NCBI GenBank assembly: GCA_951406725.2
Contig: OX597816.1
Location: 169,074,001 to 169,138,000 of the forward strand
Length of the DNA: 64,000 bases
Source: Octopus vulgaris
Lineage: Eukaryota
Reading direction: 5' to 3'
The notes under the pieces were generated by a model. That model searched no databases and had not been told where the DNA came from. It worked only from the letters and a program-made list of their open reading frames with translations. Below are positions 1 to 12,457 of this stretch, piece after piece. Numbering within the stretch: position 1 is the first letter of the stretch; the number at the start of each line of letters is the position of its first letter. The translations under genes and the position numbers were made by a program.

Positions 1-730
1 TTAATGTTTTTACTCAGTAGAGTTAAGTGGGTCGTCATAAACTGGTGTGATAAATAGTGGGCCGCGACTCTAAAAAGTTTGGGGACCACTAATTTATACA
101 AACTGTTGAACATTTTAAAAAAGTTTATTTTTTTTCTTTGGAAATTTTTCGATGTTGTTGCTTAGTTCAGGTTAGGGTTAGAGTTATATCTAGGACAGTG
201 AAGATGAGCTTATGACACGCAATGGATTTCAAAAATAATAAAAAAAAATAACTCACAGTAATTTCATACCGAAGAAAGCTTAACTATAAAAATTAAACAA
301 CAATAGTAAATATTTACTTTACAAACACCATAGTTTCGGCTTCAGACCCAAGTGTCTTCTCTCATAACCTCGACATATTAAAGCCTTGCCGGTAAAATTT
401 AGTTGATGGAAACTGTATGGAAGCCTGCCAGAGATATTATCCTTGTTTTTTTGTCGCTTGGCATAAGATCACTATTTGTCTTATGAATGTCTTTAGTGGA
501 GTTTACACTGTTGTAAGCATTCAAATCAAGGCCCTGATATGAGAATAGCTACCTCTCTCCCTCCCAACTGTCTCGAAGGTTTTGAAAATGTATAGGGGCA
601 TTGCTCTTCCTTCATTGACCAAGTCATAAAAATGACCAAGTCATAAAAATAGTTAGGGTGTTAGAAACTGGAAAACCGGGCCCATGAGCCTGGCTAGGCT
701 TGAAAAGGGCGCATTTATTTATTTATGAGT

Positions 731-1015
731 GGAGGCATAAATAACCTAGTGGTTAGAGAAGTGGACTCGCGGTCGAGGGATTGTGGGTTCGAATCTCAGA
801 CCGGGCGATGTGTGTGTTTATGAGCGAAACATCTAAGCTCCACGCGGCTCCAACAGAAGGTAATGGCGAACTTCTGCTGATTCTTTCTCTCCCTCTTTCC
901 TCCTGCATCTTGCAGCTTACCTGCGACGGACCGGCGTCCCGTCCAGGTGGGGAACCTATACGCCAAGGAAACCGGGAAACCCGCCCTTATAAGCCAGGCA
1001 TGGCTCGAGAAGGAA
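731..1015 (+). mobile_element. tRNA-derived SINE with Meta-domain-like body
   Basis: A/B-box head (TAGTGGTTAG...GGTTCGAATC); body CCTGCGACGGACCGGCGTCCCGTCCAGG...GAAACCGGG. The Meta-domain assignment is recalled, not aligned. Confidence 0.7.
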
Positions 1016-1396
1016 GGACACTATTAAGTTGCATCCAACTCCAACATTGTCTTTCCGCTCCGTTTCTCTTGTCATCCAAAGTAGATCAGCCAAGCCTGCC
1101 AGCCCTGATCGATAAAACATTTTACTGAATCAATCATTCTCTGGACTGTAGTCCCGATAATATTGTTCTTGTTTAGTCTGACGCTGGTCTGATTGCGTAG
1201 AACTAATGTCAAAGGCAATCGACTTCATACAGATTTAAATTTGCAGGAATCGAAACTATCAAATCGATCACAACACTTTTGAGAAGACTCAGAGTAATAA
1301 CAGACCCATTACTTGTCTAACTTCTTTTTTTGTCTTATCTATAAAAACCAAAGTGTATGTTAATCAATGCTTCAAGATTGCAATATATTCCAGAAT

Positions 1397-1778
1397 GGAG
1401 GCGCAATGGCCCAGTGGTTAGGGCAGCGGACTCGCGGTCATAGGATCGCGGTTTCGATTCCCAGACCGGGCGTTGTGAGTGTTTATTGAGCGAAAACACC
1501 TAAAGCTCCACGAGGCTCCGGCAGGGGATGGTGGTGATCCCTGCTGTACTCTTTCACCACAACTTTCTCTCACTCTTACTTCGTGTTACTGTTGTACCTG
1601 TATTTCAAGGGGCCGGCCTTGTCACTCTCTGTGTCACGCTGAATATCCCCGAGAACTACGTTAAGGGCACACGTGTCTGTGGAGTGTTCAGCCACTTACA
1701 CGTTAATTTCACGAGCAGGCTGTTCCGTTGATTCGGATCAACCGGAACCCTCGTCGTCGTAACCGACGGAGTGCTTCC
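1397..1778 (+). mobile_element. tRNA-derived SINE with 12-bp TSD
   Basis: Pol III head; TSD ATATTCCAGAAT at 1385-1396 and 1779-1790; relatives at ~33000-33335(-), 48208-48525 and 53797-54095. Confidence 0.9.
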
Positions 1779-2050
1779 ATATTCCAGAATAACGTTGTTT
1801 TCGTACAAGTTTTTTTCTTTTAATATATTTAGAAGTTTCGATGATGATGATGTTATTTAGTTCTAATTTAGCACTAATCGACCTATGATCAAAGACATTC
1901 TAGCCGTTGCCAGCCTGTCTATATACATGAAACAGCGATGGCGAGTCTATGAACTCGCTGCAGGAGTGGCATGCGAGCGATTTTGAAAAAAAACCCCCTC
2001 TTCTTGTAACATTATGTTATAAAAACTCATCTATCGGGTGCATCATATAT

Positions 2051-2452
2051 TACTCTTTACTCTCTTACTTGTTTCAGTCATTTGACTGCGGCCATGCTAG
2101 AGCCCCGCCTGTAGTCGAGCAAATCGAACCCAGGACTTATTCTTTGTAAGCCTAGTACTTATTCTATCAGTCTCTTTTGCTGAACCGCTAAGTTACGGGG
2201 ACGTAAACACACCACCATCGGTTGTCAAGCGATGTTGGGGGACAAACAGACACACAAACATATACACACACATACATATATGCATATACATATACACGAC
2301 GGGCTTCTTTCAGTTTCCGTCTACTAAATCCACTCACAAGGCTTTGGTCGGCCTGAGGCTATAGTAGAAGACACTTGACCAAGGTGCCACGCAGTTGGAA
2401 TGAACCCGAAACCATGTGGTTGGTAAGCAAGCTACTTACCACACAGCCACTC
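2051..2452 (-). mobile_element. SINE family A (tRNA head, internal TA/TG microsatellite, ACTGAAACAAGTAAAAGA tail)
   Basis: Ten or more near-identical copies in the window. Confidence 0.9.
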
Positions 2453-2529
2453 GTTTACTTTATCATAGAATAAAAAGTTTACAGGATGATTGTTATATTT
2501 ATTGACAATATTTTACACACACACACATG

Positions 2530-2644
<115 letters not shown>

Positions 2645-3360
2645 CGATGAGTCCACAGAATCGTTAGGACGTCGAGCAAAATGCATGGCGGCATTTCGTC
2701 CTTTTTGACGTTCTAAGTTCAAATTTCGCCGAGGTCGACTTTGTCTGCGATCCTTTAGCGGTCGATGAAATGCGTACCAGTTGATCACTAGAGTCGATGT
2801 AATTGACTTACTTCTTCCCCTGAAATTTCTGGCTTTTCGCCTATATTTTACATATACTTACAATTCAAAATGGCCACATTTTGTTTTCGCCATACACCTT
2901 AATCTTTTCTCGACTGAAGTGCATGACTTATATTTAAATAATGGGTAAATGTATATGCCGCATCCAGATTAGGAATTTATGTAAAACTTAAGTCAAATAC
3001 GTGTAACACTTCAACAACAAGTTTAGTTAAGAAATGAGAATTTAATGTTCTGGAAAAAAAAGTTTCGCCATCACTGGTTTAGGACTACATAGTTGAATAT
3101 TTCTTTATTTTCAGATGATAAGATATGATTTGGGGAGATTTTTTTTGCGTTTGAAATAAAGTTAATTTTAGTAAAAATGTTTTCAAATAATACAAAATTG
3201 TGCATAGTAAAACTGGCATTCAATCGTTTTTATGTTTACATTTGAGACGACATTGATATTAAGTTGTTAGCAATTTTACCATTGTTAAAAAAAATGAAGT
3301 TGAACACCATCAAGAATATCACATTTTAACCTCTCTCTCAAGAATAGTAATAGATAATTA

Positions 3361-3783
3361 GGATCTTTTCGGTTTGAAAGGCAGTTTTTTCTAGTGGTGT
3401 CATATGAAATTGTCACCCATAATTATGACCCTAGTATCGATCTATTGCATTTCAATCTGTTTTAGGGTTAGGGTTAGGGTTAGGGGTGGGGGAAAGGGTA
3501 TCGTTTTTTTTTCTTCAGAAATGTAAATAAACCCAATCTGTTTCTTAAACGAGGGAAATATTTATACGGCACAGAATGTTTTTTACCTCAATAGACGTCA
3601 CTGATTGGGTGAAATTGCAGAAATTGAAGAAAAAACAACAAATATCTTACAAACTATAGAATTTTCTTAGTTAAGCCAAGAGAAAAGATGTTTTATAAAC
3701 ACATTCTACCAGTATACGAAGTTTAAAATTTTTTAGTTACCTAGAAATTATGTTAAAAACTGCCGTTCAAACCGAAAAGATCC
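3361..3783. mobile_element. MITE with ~29-bp TIRs and 8-bp TSD, carrying internal (TTAGGG)n
   Basis: TIRs GGATCTTTTCGGTTTGAA.GGCAGTTTTT / AAAAACTGCCGTTCAAACCGAAAAGATCC; TSD GATAATTA. Confidence 0.9.
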
Positions 3784-4419
3784 GATAATTATCACAATAT
3801 ATTGAATATTTGGAACCACCTAAATGTCAAAATGAATAAAATGTAAGTTTTGTGCTATAGTAAAAAAGAGAAGAAAAAAAAGACTTTAAAATGGGAGAGA
3901 TACTTCGGAGGGTTTTAAAGAATAAAAGACATTAAATGTATAAATGTAATTTTAAATTTTACAAAATCTTTAATCCGCTTTTCTTTTTCAATACAGATGT
4001 TGAAATAAAATATACTGAAAGAGCGTGGATAAGAATATATAAAAAAAATATAGATTATTTCTTTGGGGATTGTAATTGTCAATATGTGAAGGGAAATAAA
4101 GTCTTAGCATAATTATAAAGTTCTGGAATTCAACCGGGAACTTATATTATTCCTCGTACAAAAGTGATCTGAATAATCAAGGAATAGTTCAATATCTTGT
4201 ACAGTCAACAAAAGAGAAGAAAATTACTTTACAAAAGTCTGAAAAGAGAAAGCGTTTTATACTTTCTGTGCTAGAAACTATTTGATATGCTTCGGATGTG
4301 CATAATATAGTTTGTTGGACTAACTACACGGGTTGTTTGCATGGATTAATTTCTACTTTATGTCAAAGATTAAGAATTAAGACACCATATGTATATCGAT
4401 ACACTTGTGTACGTGGAAC

Positions 4420-4745
4420 TTAGGTGGTTCCAAAATGAATGAAAATCTTTGGAATATCGAGTTCTATTGTTCATAAAATTTCGTATGTAATATTTTTTAG
4501 CTGTAATTTTTTTTCCAGTTTAGTTTCGTGCAACCACAAAATATCGTATTGAAAACGTTAGGATGGGAGTCCTACTTTTTACTTGAAATTTAGGTGGTTC
4601 CAAAATGAATGAAAGTCTTTGGAATATTGAGTTCTATTGTTTATAAAATTTCGTATTTTTGTATGTAATATTTTTTCTAGTTTAGTTTCGTGCAACCACA
4701 GAGTATCGTATTTAAAAGGTTGGGATGGAAGTTCTGTCTTTTACA
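4420..4745 (+). repeat. Tandem duplication, ~170-bp unit
   Basis: TTAGGTGGTTCCAAAATGAATGAAA starts both units. Confidence 0.85.
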
Positions 4746-5301
4746 TTTTTTCAAAGATAATATTGATGCAGATTGTTAAAATAAAAATAAAAATTAAAAA
4801 GTTTAGATTAATAAATAATAAATATCTCCCTCAGGATATACTGTTACAATAATTTGGGAAAGAATTGTTTAAAATGATAGACACTATTAAATTTCGAAAA
4901 TAATCGAACCGATTCCCGAACGACATAAAATGTATGCTAAGAAGATTTTATGGCAGTAAAAATATATTTGTCTCTTCTGATAAAAGGAAAATCAAATCTT
5001 TTACTAAATAAATAAGTTTATTTACAGCAATTCCGTTGTAATTCTATTACCGACAACTATGTATGTGTATGTATGTATATGCATATGTATGCATGTATGT
5101 ATATATATATATACGACAGCTTTTAACCGTACAAAACGTAAGACCGAAGAGAATAAGATTGTTAACGAGTTATCATTTTACTTCTATTTTTAGTATTTGA
5201 TACTTCTTAAAGCATTGTTAATTTGCCTGTTTTTCTTTACAATTAATTTCATTGAATGAAACACTCCTTTAAGTTTACAAATGGTGGTAAGCCACTTCAC
5301 C

Positions 5302-6053
5302 GTCAGACATCGTGGCCTACCACAGAATTGTCTTTATCGTAAACATTGTGCAGAGTGGCTTACAGAGAACGAGCCGTCACGACCATTATCCTTTATTAAC
5401 TTTTGGTCTCAGCTTCCAACGATCTTATTGTCTGTGATTCTGTCACGACGTTTAACGCAAAAGAGGAATGGTGCTTAATTACAGTCAGACATCGTGGCTT
5501 ATCTCAGAATTACTTTTATCGTAAGCATTGTGCAAGGCCACTTACAGAGAACGAGCCGTCACGACCATTATAATTTACTTGCAGTATCGCCCGGCGTTGC
5601 TCGGGTTTGTAAGGGAAATAACTATATAAGCATTTTTAGAGAGTTATAGCCAAAAAATAGCAAAGAAATACATTAAAAATGCAAAAGAAATGATGGTAAA
5701 TGTTTTTAAAAATCGTTGACTCATTGTAGACACTTTTAGAGAGTTACTTCCCTTATATAATAGCGAAAAAATGCATTAAAATAGAAAAAAATGATAGTAA
5801 ATTATTTTAAAAATCGTAGACTTATCGTAGACGCGCGCTAATACCCAGAAGGGCTCGATATGAATCACGACTTTAAGATACCCGGTTTTGGTTACACTGC
5901 ACCGCAAAATGTGGGAGTAGTTAGGAATCTAAATCGTAGGAGACAGACACACAACTTGACTTTTATATATAAAGATTAACTTTTGGTCTCAGCTTCCATT
6001 GTTTGTGATTCTGTCACGACGCTAATGCAAAAGAAGAATGGAGCTTAATTACA
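5302..6053 (+). repeat. Tandem duplication, ~180-bp unit; second unit split by a Helitron
   Basis: GTCAGACATCGTGGC...GCTTAATTACA occurs twice. Confidence 0.88.
5578..5975 (-). mobile_element. Non-autonomous Helitron
   Basis: 5' TC, subterminal hairpin CCCGAGCAACGCCGGG, 3' CAAG (variant of CTAG); A^T insertion without TSD. Confidence 0.85.
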
Positions 6054-6740
6054 ATGATTTTAAGAAAATCTCTGCAATTTTACAATATTGTTGTTCTATT
6101 GCGACAACCGAGGCACCTTCTTACAATTATATGGACTGAGCATTTGGCAGTAAGCTTTCTTGTTGACATAGCTGTCCAGTTGTCCGATTGACCCAGCCAC
6201 CCACACCGTTTTGTTAAAATACTATTTTAATAACATGGTATAAATAACAGCACACCACCCCTTTATCCCTTCACTTACTGAAGTCATTGGACCGTGAAGG
6301 TGATGGGGACATTTTTAGCAAATTATTTTGACTTTAGGACTTTGTCTAGTACTTATTTCTTCAACCCGGAAAGACTAAATCTAGGGATTAAATTGACCCC
6401 AGTTCTTGGGAGTAGCTTATTCTATCGATCGTCATCGAAGAAAACTGAGAGTAAAGTCGACTCAGACGACATTTAAACCTATGATGAGAAGGTAACTAAA
6501 TACTGATGAAATAGTTTGTCGGGTATTCTAGCGTTTCTGTCATTAACATTACTCACAATATTTCAGTATGTAGAAATGGATTTTAGTCGGTTTCACGTTG
6601 AGTATTTACTTGGATCAAAAAGAACCTGGAGATTATTTATTTAGGGTGTTAGTGACTGAACAGGCGTAATCTTAACATCATACTCAGAGAGAATCAGCAC
6701 TGGTACAATCTGCCTGATGAATTTTGACATAACCTACGTA

Positions 6741-7140
6741 GGTGCAGGAGTGGCTGTGTGGTAAGTAGCTTGCTTACCAACCACATAGTTCCGGGTTCAG
6801 ACCCACTGCGTGGCACTTTGGGCAAGTGTCTTCTACTATAGCCTCGGGCCGACCAAAGCCTTGTGAGTGGATTTGGTAGATGGAAACTGAAAGAAGCCTG
6901 TCGTGTATATGTATATATATGTGTGTGTGTTTGTGTGTCCGTGTTTGTCCCCCCGACATTGCTTGACAACCGATGCTGGTGTGTTTACGTCCCCGTAACT
7001 TAGCGGTTCGGCAAAAGGGACCGATCGAATAAGTACTGGGCTTACAAAGAATAAGTCCCGGGGTCGATTTGCTCGACTAAAGGCGGTGCTCCAGCATGGC
7101 CGCAGTCAAATGACTGAAACAAGTAAAAGAGTAAAAGAGT
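6741..7140 (+). mobile_element. SINE family A
   Basis: Full copy GGTGCAGGAGTGGCTGTGTGG...AAGTAAAAGAG. Confidence 0.9.
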
Positions 7141-7997
7141 ATACGCAAATCTCAATCACCGAGGCTATACGAACAAACAACTGCTCAAGTTGTCACGCAG
7201 TGGAATCGAAATCAAGACCATGCGATTACGAAGCAAATTTCTTAATCACTCTACTCTGATACGCCCATATACATTAATATATTATATATTTCTAGCACAT
7301 TTACCCACCCCACCCTACCGAAACCATTTACAATTTCCTCATACCACAGCCTTACAGTTAAATTACCACTTCAACAGAAACAGCTCTAATAACAGTTGGT
7401 TATAATGAATACCATGGAAATGAAATTATCTTTCAATTTCACGAATGAAAATCATAGTAAAAGCCTCAGGGTATTTATTCATAGAAATGGAAATAGTAAA
7501 ATTAAAATTTGAAGTGCAGTAAGATTGAATTAATACAATTACTATTTCTGTAGTAGTAGTATAAAATCTATTTAATTATTATTGGCTATTCTATTTTGAA
7601 TTATGTATGAGATCGTAAATGGTATCCCAGCAGCATCTCTAAAAATAGGTAACCATAACTTAAACTAAAACACAAGAAAAATGACTTCACGTTTTGGCAC
7701 AAGGCCAGCAATTTTGGAGTGGACCTAAGTCACTTAAACTGATCCCAGTGTTAAACTGGTATTTATTTTATTGCGAAGCAATCTTAGTTATCACACGATC
7801 AAGGCCAGCAAGTTCAGGGGTGGGGTAAGTCGATTATATCAATTCCAGTACTCAACAAGTACTTATTTCATCGACCCCGAAAGGATGAAAGGCTAAGTCG
7901 ACCTCGGCGGATTTTGAACTCAGAACGTAATGACGGACAAAATATCAGGATATTGCTCGGCGTGTTAATAATTCTTCCAGTTCGCAGCCTTAAAAAC

Positions 7998-8053
<56 letters not shown>

Positions 8054-8055
8054 TA

Positions 8056-8105
<50 letters not shown>

Positions 8106-8136
8106 TAATAATAATAAAAATAGTAATAATAATAAA

Positions 8137-8690
8137 ATGCCCTGATACAGTACCAGGCAATGGCTCTCATATCTTCTGGTCTTAACTGATTGGAAGTGTT
8201 ATGTACATTGTTTTGTCTTGGTATAAAAGATGGGCTACAGCAAATATTTTGCTAAATACCACAGATTTGCTTGTCAGTTGTTTGACTTTAACCAGTTGAG
8301 CATGTCCCTTAGTGGCTGACGATATGTGCATCTCTGACCACAAGCAGAAGTAGAGGGGGAGCATCATAGCCATGTGTTGAGAGGGATTCTTTGGGGTTTG
8401 AATGATTCACCTCTGGAAATATGGGTGTTTTGTTCAACATCCTTAAACAGCCCTTATTCAGGTACCATTTGAGTGGGATGGGTTACTCGACCAGAATAAA
8501 TTTCTAACTGAGCCCCACCTGCAAGGTCATGCGCTGTTTATCTTAGTATGAGATCACCATGTCGCGCACATATGGTTGTGATGCATGTGCCTGGTGTACC
8601 CTTATCTGAGGGGTAGTCATGATGGGTATACTGGGCTTCGTATATTTAACCCCAGTGTCAGTTTGATGACGTGCACTGCTCTCTCACACA
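8137..8690. mobile_element. ~550-bp non-coding element embedded in (TAA)n
   Basis: More GC-rich block with (TAA)n on both sides. Confidence 0.6.
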
Positions 8691-8883
8691 ATAATAATAA
8701 TAATAATAATAATAATGATGATGATGATAATAAAAAAAAAAAAAGGTTTTAAGATAAAAAACAGACATCAAGCCGCTCCTGCAGCCACGATTATGTATGT
8801 ATGTATCAAAATGTGTAAATATGTGTGAACATTTATATACATGGGAATAATAATATAAATGTATACATCCTCACACACACACA

Positions 8884-8917
<34 letters not shown>

Positions 8918-8919
<2 letters not shown>

Positions 8920-9140
8920 CTTTATTGCCCACAAGGAGCTAAACATATTGGGGACAAACAAGGACAGACAAAGGGATTAAACCGATTACATCGACCCTAG
9001 TACACAACTGGCACTTATTTAATCGACCCCGAAAGAATGAAAGGCAAAGTCGACCTCGGCGGAATTTGAACCCAATGTACCGGCAGACGAAATACAGCTA
9101 AGCATTTCGCCCGGCGTGCCAACGATTCTGGCAGCTCCAC
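8918..9140 (-). mobile_element. SINE family B (Tx1-like 3' tail)
   Basis: Core GTCGACTTTGCCTTTCAT.CTTTCGGGGTCGAT on the minus strand; tail TTTAGCTCCTTGTGGGCAATAAAGA. Confidence 0.85.
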
Positions 9141-9149
9141 CAACTATTC

Positions 9150-9382
9150 TGTCTGTTTAGCCGCACACCTTTCAATGCCGTGTATGCCATAAGGTCTGCA
9201 ATTCTAACAGAGGCCTCAAGACACTTTAAGATACACAGAGATCAGAGCGTAACTGCAGCTCTTGGTGTGGTCCAAATCAGATATGTAAAGCGTGTGGGTA
9301 TCTTTTTAATACATTGTCAGGTTTAAAAAGTCACATCAGACATCAAGAGGTGGTCAAACTCTGCATAAGGAGTAGACAACCC
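9150..9382 (+). mobile_element. 3' end of an RTE-like LINE with C2H2 fingers, ending in (CATA)n
   Basis: FQCRVCHKVCNSNRGLK and CKACGYLFNTLSGLKSHIRH. Confidence 0.6.
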
Positions 9383-9597
9383 CATACATACATACATACA
9401 TACATACATACATACATACATACATACATACATACATACATACATACATACATACATACATTCATACATACATACACACACATACATACATATATACATA
9501 CAAACATACATATTTATATGTTATCATAAACCTCCTGAAGAAATTGGTACACTGCTGACCATTATATATCCTGCCGGATGTTGTCCATTTTCCTTAA

Positions 9598-9663
<66 letters not shown>

Positions 9664-10097
9664 ACATCAGACACCAAGAGGTGGTCAAACTCTGCATAAG
9701 GAGTAGACAACCTTTCAAAATGTGACCTCGTGTGTACCGTTGGCGATTTTTTTCCTCTGTCTTCCCTTCTCTGGATTTTTCCTTCTCCTGTGTTTCCGAC
9801 GAAGAGCTCCGCTCGAAACCTTAAACCCTCCTTCTTCCCTTCTTTCCTGAGCGTCTAATAATACTTTATTTGTCCCACGTCCTCGCGTTGTTGTGTTTTT
9901 TGTGTGTTTTCTTGTTCGGATTAACTTTATATATATATATATATAAATATAAATGAAAAAAACACACAAATTTCCACACGAAAGCACGTGATATCTGCCC
10001 TTGGCATGTAGCTTCAACCGTGTTTTTCTGACGTGAATTTGCTATCCAGGTTTCGGTTAACCGAATTATCCATAATAAGATAATTCATTCAACTACT

Positions 10098-10144
<47 letters not shown>

Positions 10145-10705
10145 ACACACACACACAGACGTTACTCCTTTGAGTTACAGGTACAAATTATCCGACCGGC
10201 TTCTTTAGAGTTTCCTTGTACACTCTTTCACTCACTAGGCTTATATATTCATGCATATTCATATGTTAAGTTGGAGAATTAAGAAATCATGTCAAAAGAC
10301 TTCATACTGTAGCACCCGTCTCTTCTGCCAGCCAGCACAACTGTGCATTATGCAAATCTTTGGCAGGGCTCAAGTGTCATATAAGGGCCTCACATTGCAT
10401 TATCAATAACTCATTTCAATGAGTTTTTCTAGCAATGGCTTTTCTCGTATACGAGAAAGCAGCCACTATACTATACTATACTATACTATACTATACTATA
10501 CTATACTATATATATATAATGATATATAATAGGCACATCAACAACAGGGTATTTCTGTTTGCATGTATATATGTATGTGTGTATGTATGTATTCTCGTGC
10601 ATATAGTTGCATATCTAGACATGCTCATGCATGGATGTATGTACGTACGAATGTATGTATGTATGTATGTATGTATGTATGTATGTATGTATGTATGTAT
10701 GTATG

Positions 10706-10742
<37 letters not shown>

Positions 10743-10828
10743 ACTTATATGAGCATGTCTATATATGCAACTATATGCATGAGAATACATACATAAAGCA
10801 AAACATACAAATCTGCACATATACATAT

Positions 10829-10874
<46 letters not shown>

Positions 10875-10905
10875 CACAATCCTTCTGTAGTTTTTTTCAC
10901 ACTTT

Positions 10906-10958
<53 letters not shown>

Positions 10959-11418
10959 CAAACTTATATTAAGTGTAAGCTCTGAAGTAGATACAGCTAT
11001 AAATAGTAGAATATAAATTATTCGGTTAAAAATCTTTGGATAGCAAAACAAAAAAGTGGTGTGGGCAAAGGTTTTCTGCTGCACCATCAACCTTTTATCC
11101 ATGCTAAGATTTTTAACGTAGTGCATTACATGGTATTATTTATTACTTCATCCACTTTCAGACATCTCTTTCAAATGATTTATTTAAAATTTACTCTAAG
11201 ATTCTGTGTTTTTCGCAATGCAAGCACACGCACAGGCGCAGACCTTCAAATGGAAAGAAGGACAACCTTCTTGAGGGAGAAATAGATATATTAGATAGAT
11301 AGGTAGATATATTAGATAGATAGGTAGATATAGAAATAGATATATTAGATAGATAGGTAGATATATAGATATTTGGATGGACAGAACATTTGAGCGAGAG
11401 ACAGACAGTCAAACAGAC

Positions 11419-11469
<51 letters not shown>

Positions 11470-11525
11470 GAGAGGGACAGATAGATGATAGATAAATAGA
11501 TAGATAGTTAGATAGATAGACAGAT

Positions 11526-11825
11526 ATGTTTCTTTATTAGCCACACAGGGCTGCACACAGACAGGACAAAATTACAAGGTAGAGCTTTTCTTTTGGGGGT
11601 AAAAGAAGGGGGTTTGGTTTTCGATCAAAAGGGATCGTAAATGGAAAGAAAGAGGACAAAAGGGGGGGGGATAAAATAAAAAAAAGGGGGGAGGTGAGGA
11701 AAAAATGGAAAGGAAAAAAAATTGATCAATAGGGATCGTTATCACAGAAATGTCAATATGAAGTGTAAAGGGGAGGACAGGTGAGGTTTACCCGTGGAAA
11801 GAAAAGCCTACGGAAAAGACCACGG
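11526..11825 (-). mobile_element. 5'-truncated 3' end of a related Tx1-like LINE subfamily, also in (GATA)n
   Basis: Shares blocks with the full element's 3' UTR: TAGCCACACAGGGCT, TGATCAATAGGGATC and GGAAAGAAAA(G/A)CCTAC..AAAAGACC; GATA repeats on both sides. Confidence 0.85.
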
Positions 11826-11891
11826 ATAGATAGATAGATAAATAGATAGATAGCTAGATAGCTAGATAGATAGATAGACAGATAGATAGAC

Positions 11892-11922
<31 letters not shown>

Positions 11923-11979
11923 GAGATAGAGAGATAGATAGATAGACAGATAGATAGATAGACAGATATATAGACAGAC

Positions 11980-12062
<83 letters not shown>

Positions 12063-12093
12063 CAGATAGATAGACAGATAGATAGATAGATAA

Positions 12094-12148
<55 letters not shown>
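11825..12148. repeat. (GATA)n microsatellite (further tracts at 11283-11525 and 18055-18335)
   Basis: Direct reading. Confidence 0.98.
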
Positions 12149-12149
<1 letters not shown>

Positions 12150-12457
12150 CTTTTTATTGTAGCCACACAGGGCTAAACACAGAATAAAAATGGACGAAAT
12201 ACAATGTAGAATTTTTTCTTTTCGAGGTGGGATGGGTGGGGCAAGAAGAAAAAAAAAAAAAAAAAAAAAAAAAAGTTTGATCAATAGGGATCTGTGGGTT
12301 GTGTGGTGTATAAAAAAGCAATATATATATATATATAAGGTTCACAGTTTAGGTGTAGTCTTGGAAAGAAAAACCTACAAAAAAGACCAAGGTCACCTCA
12401 GGCAATTCGAAAAAGAACACATGAGTAAGTCGCCTTACTTCTCGTTGTCTCTTTTGG

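Noticed and set aside
1397-1470. tRNA-like sequences
   Set aside because: They are SINE heads continuing into repeated bodies with TSDs, not standalone tRNA genes.
3462-3486. Telomere or chromosome-fusion site
   Set aside because: Only about four TTAGGG units, internal to a MITE present twice.
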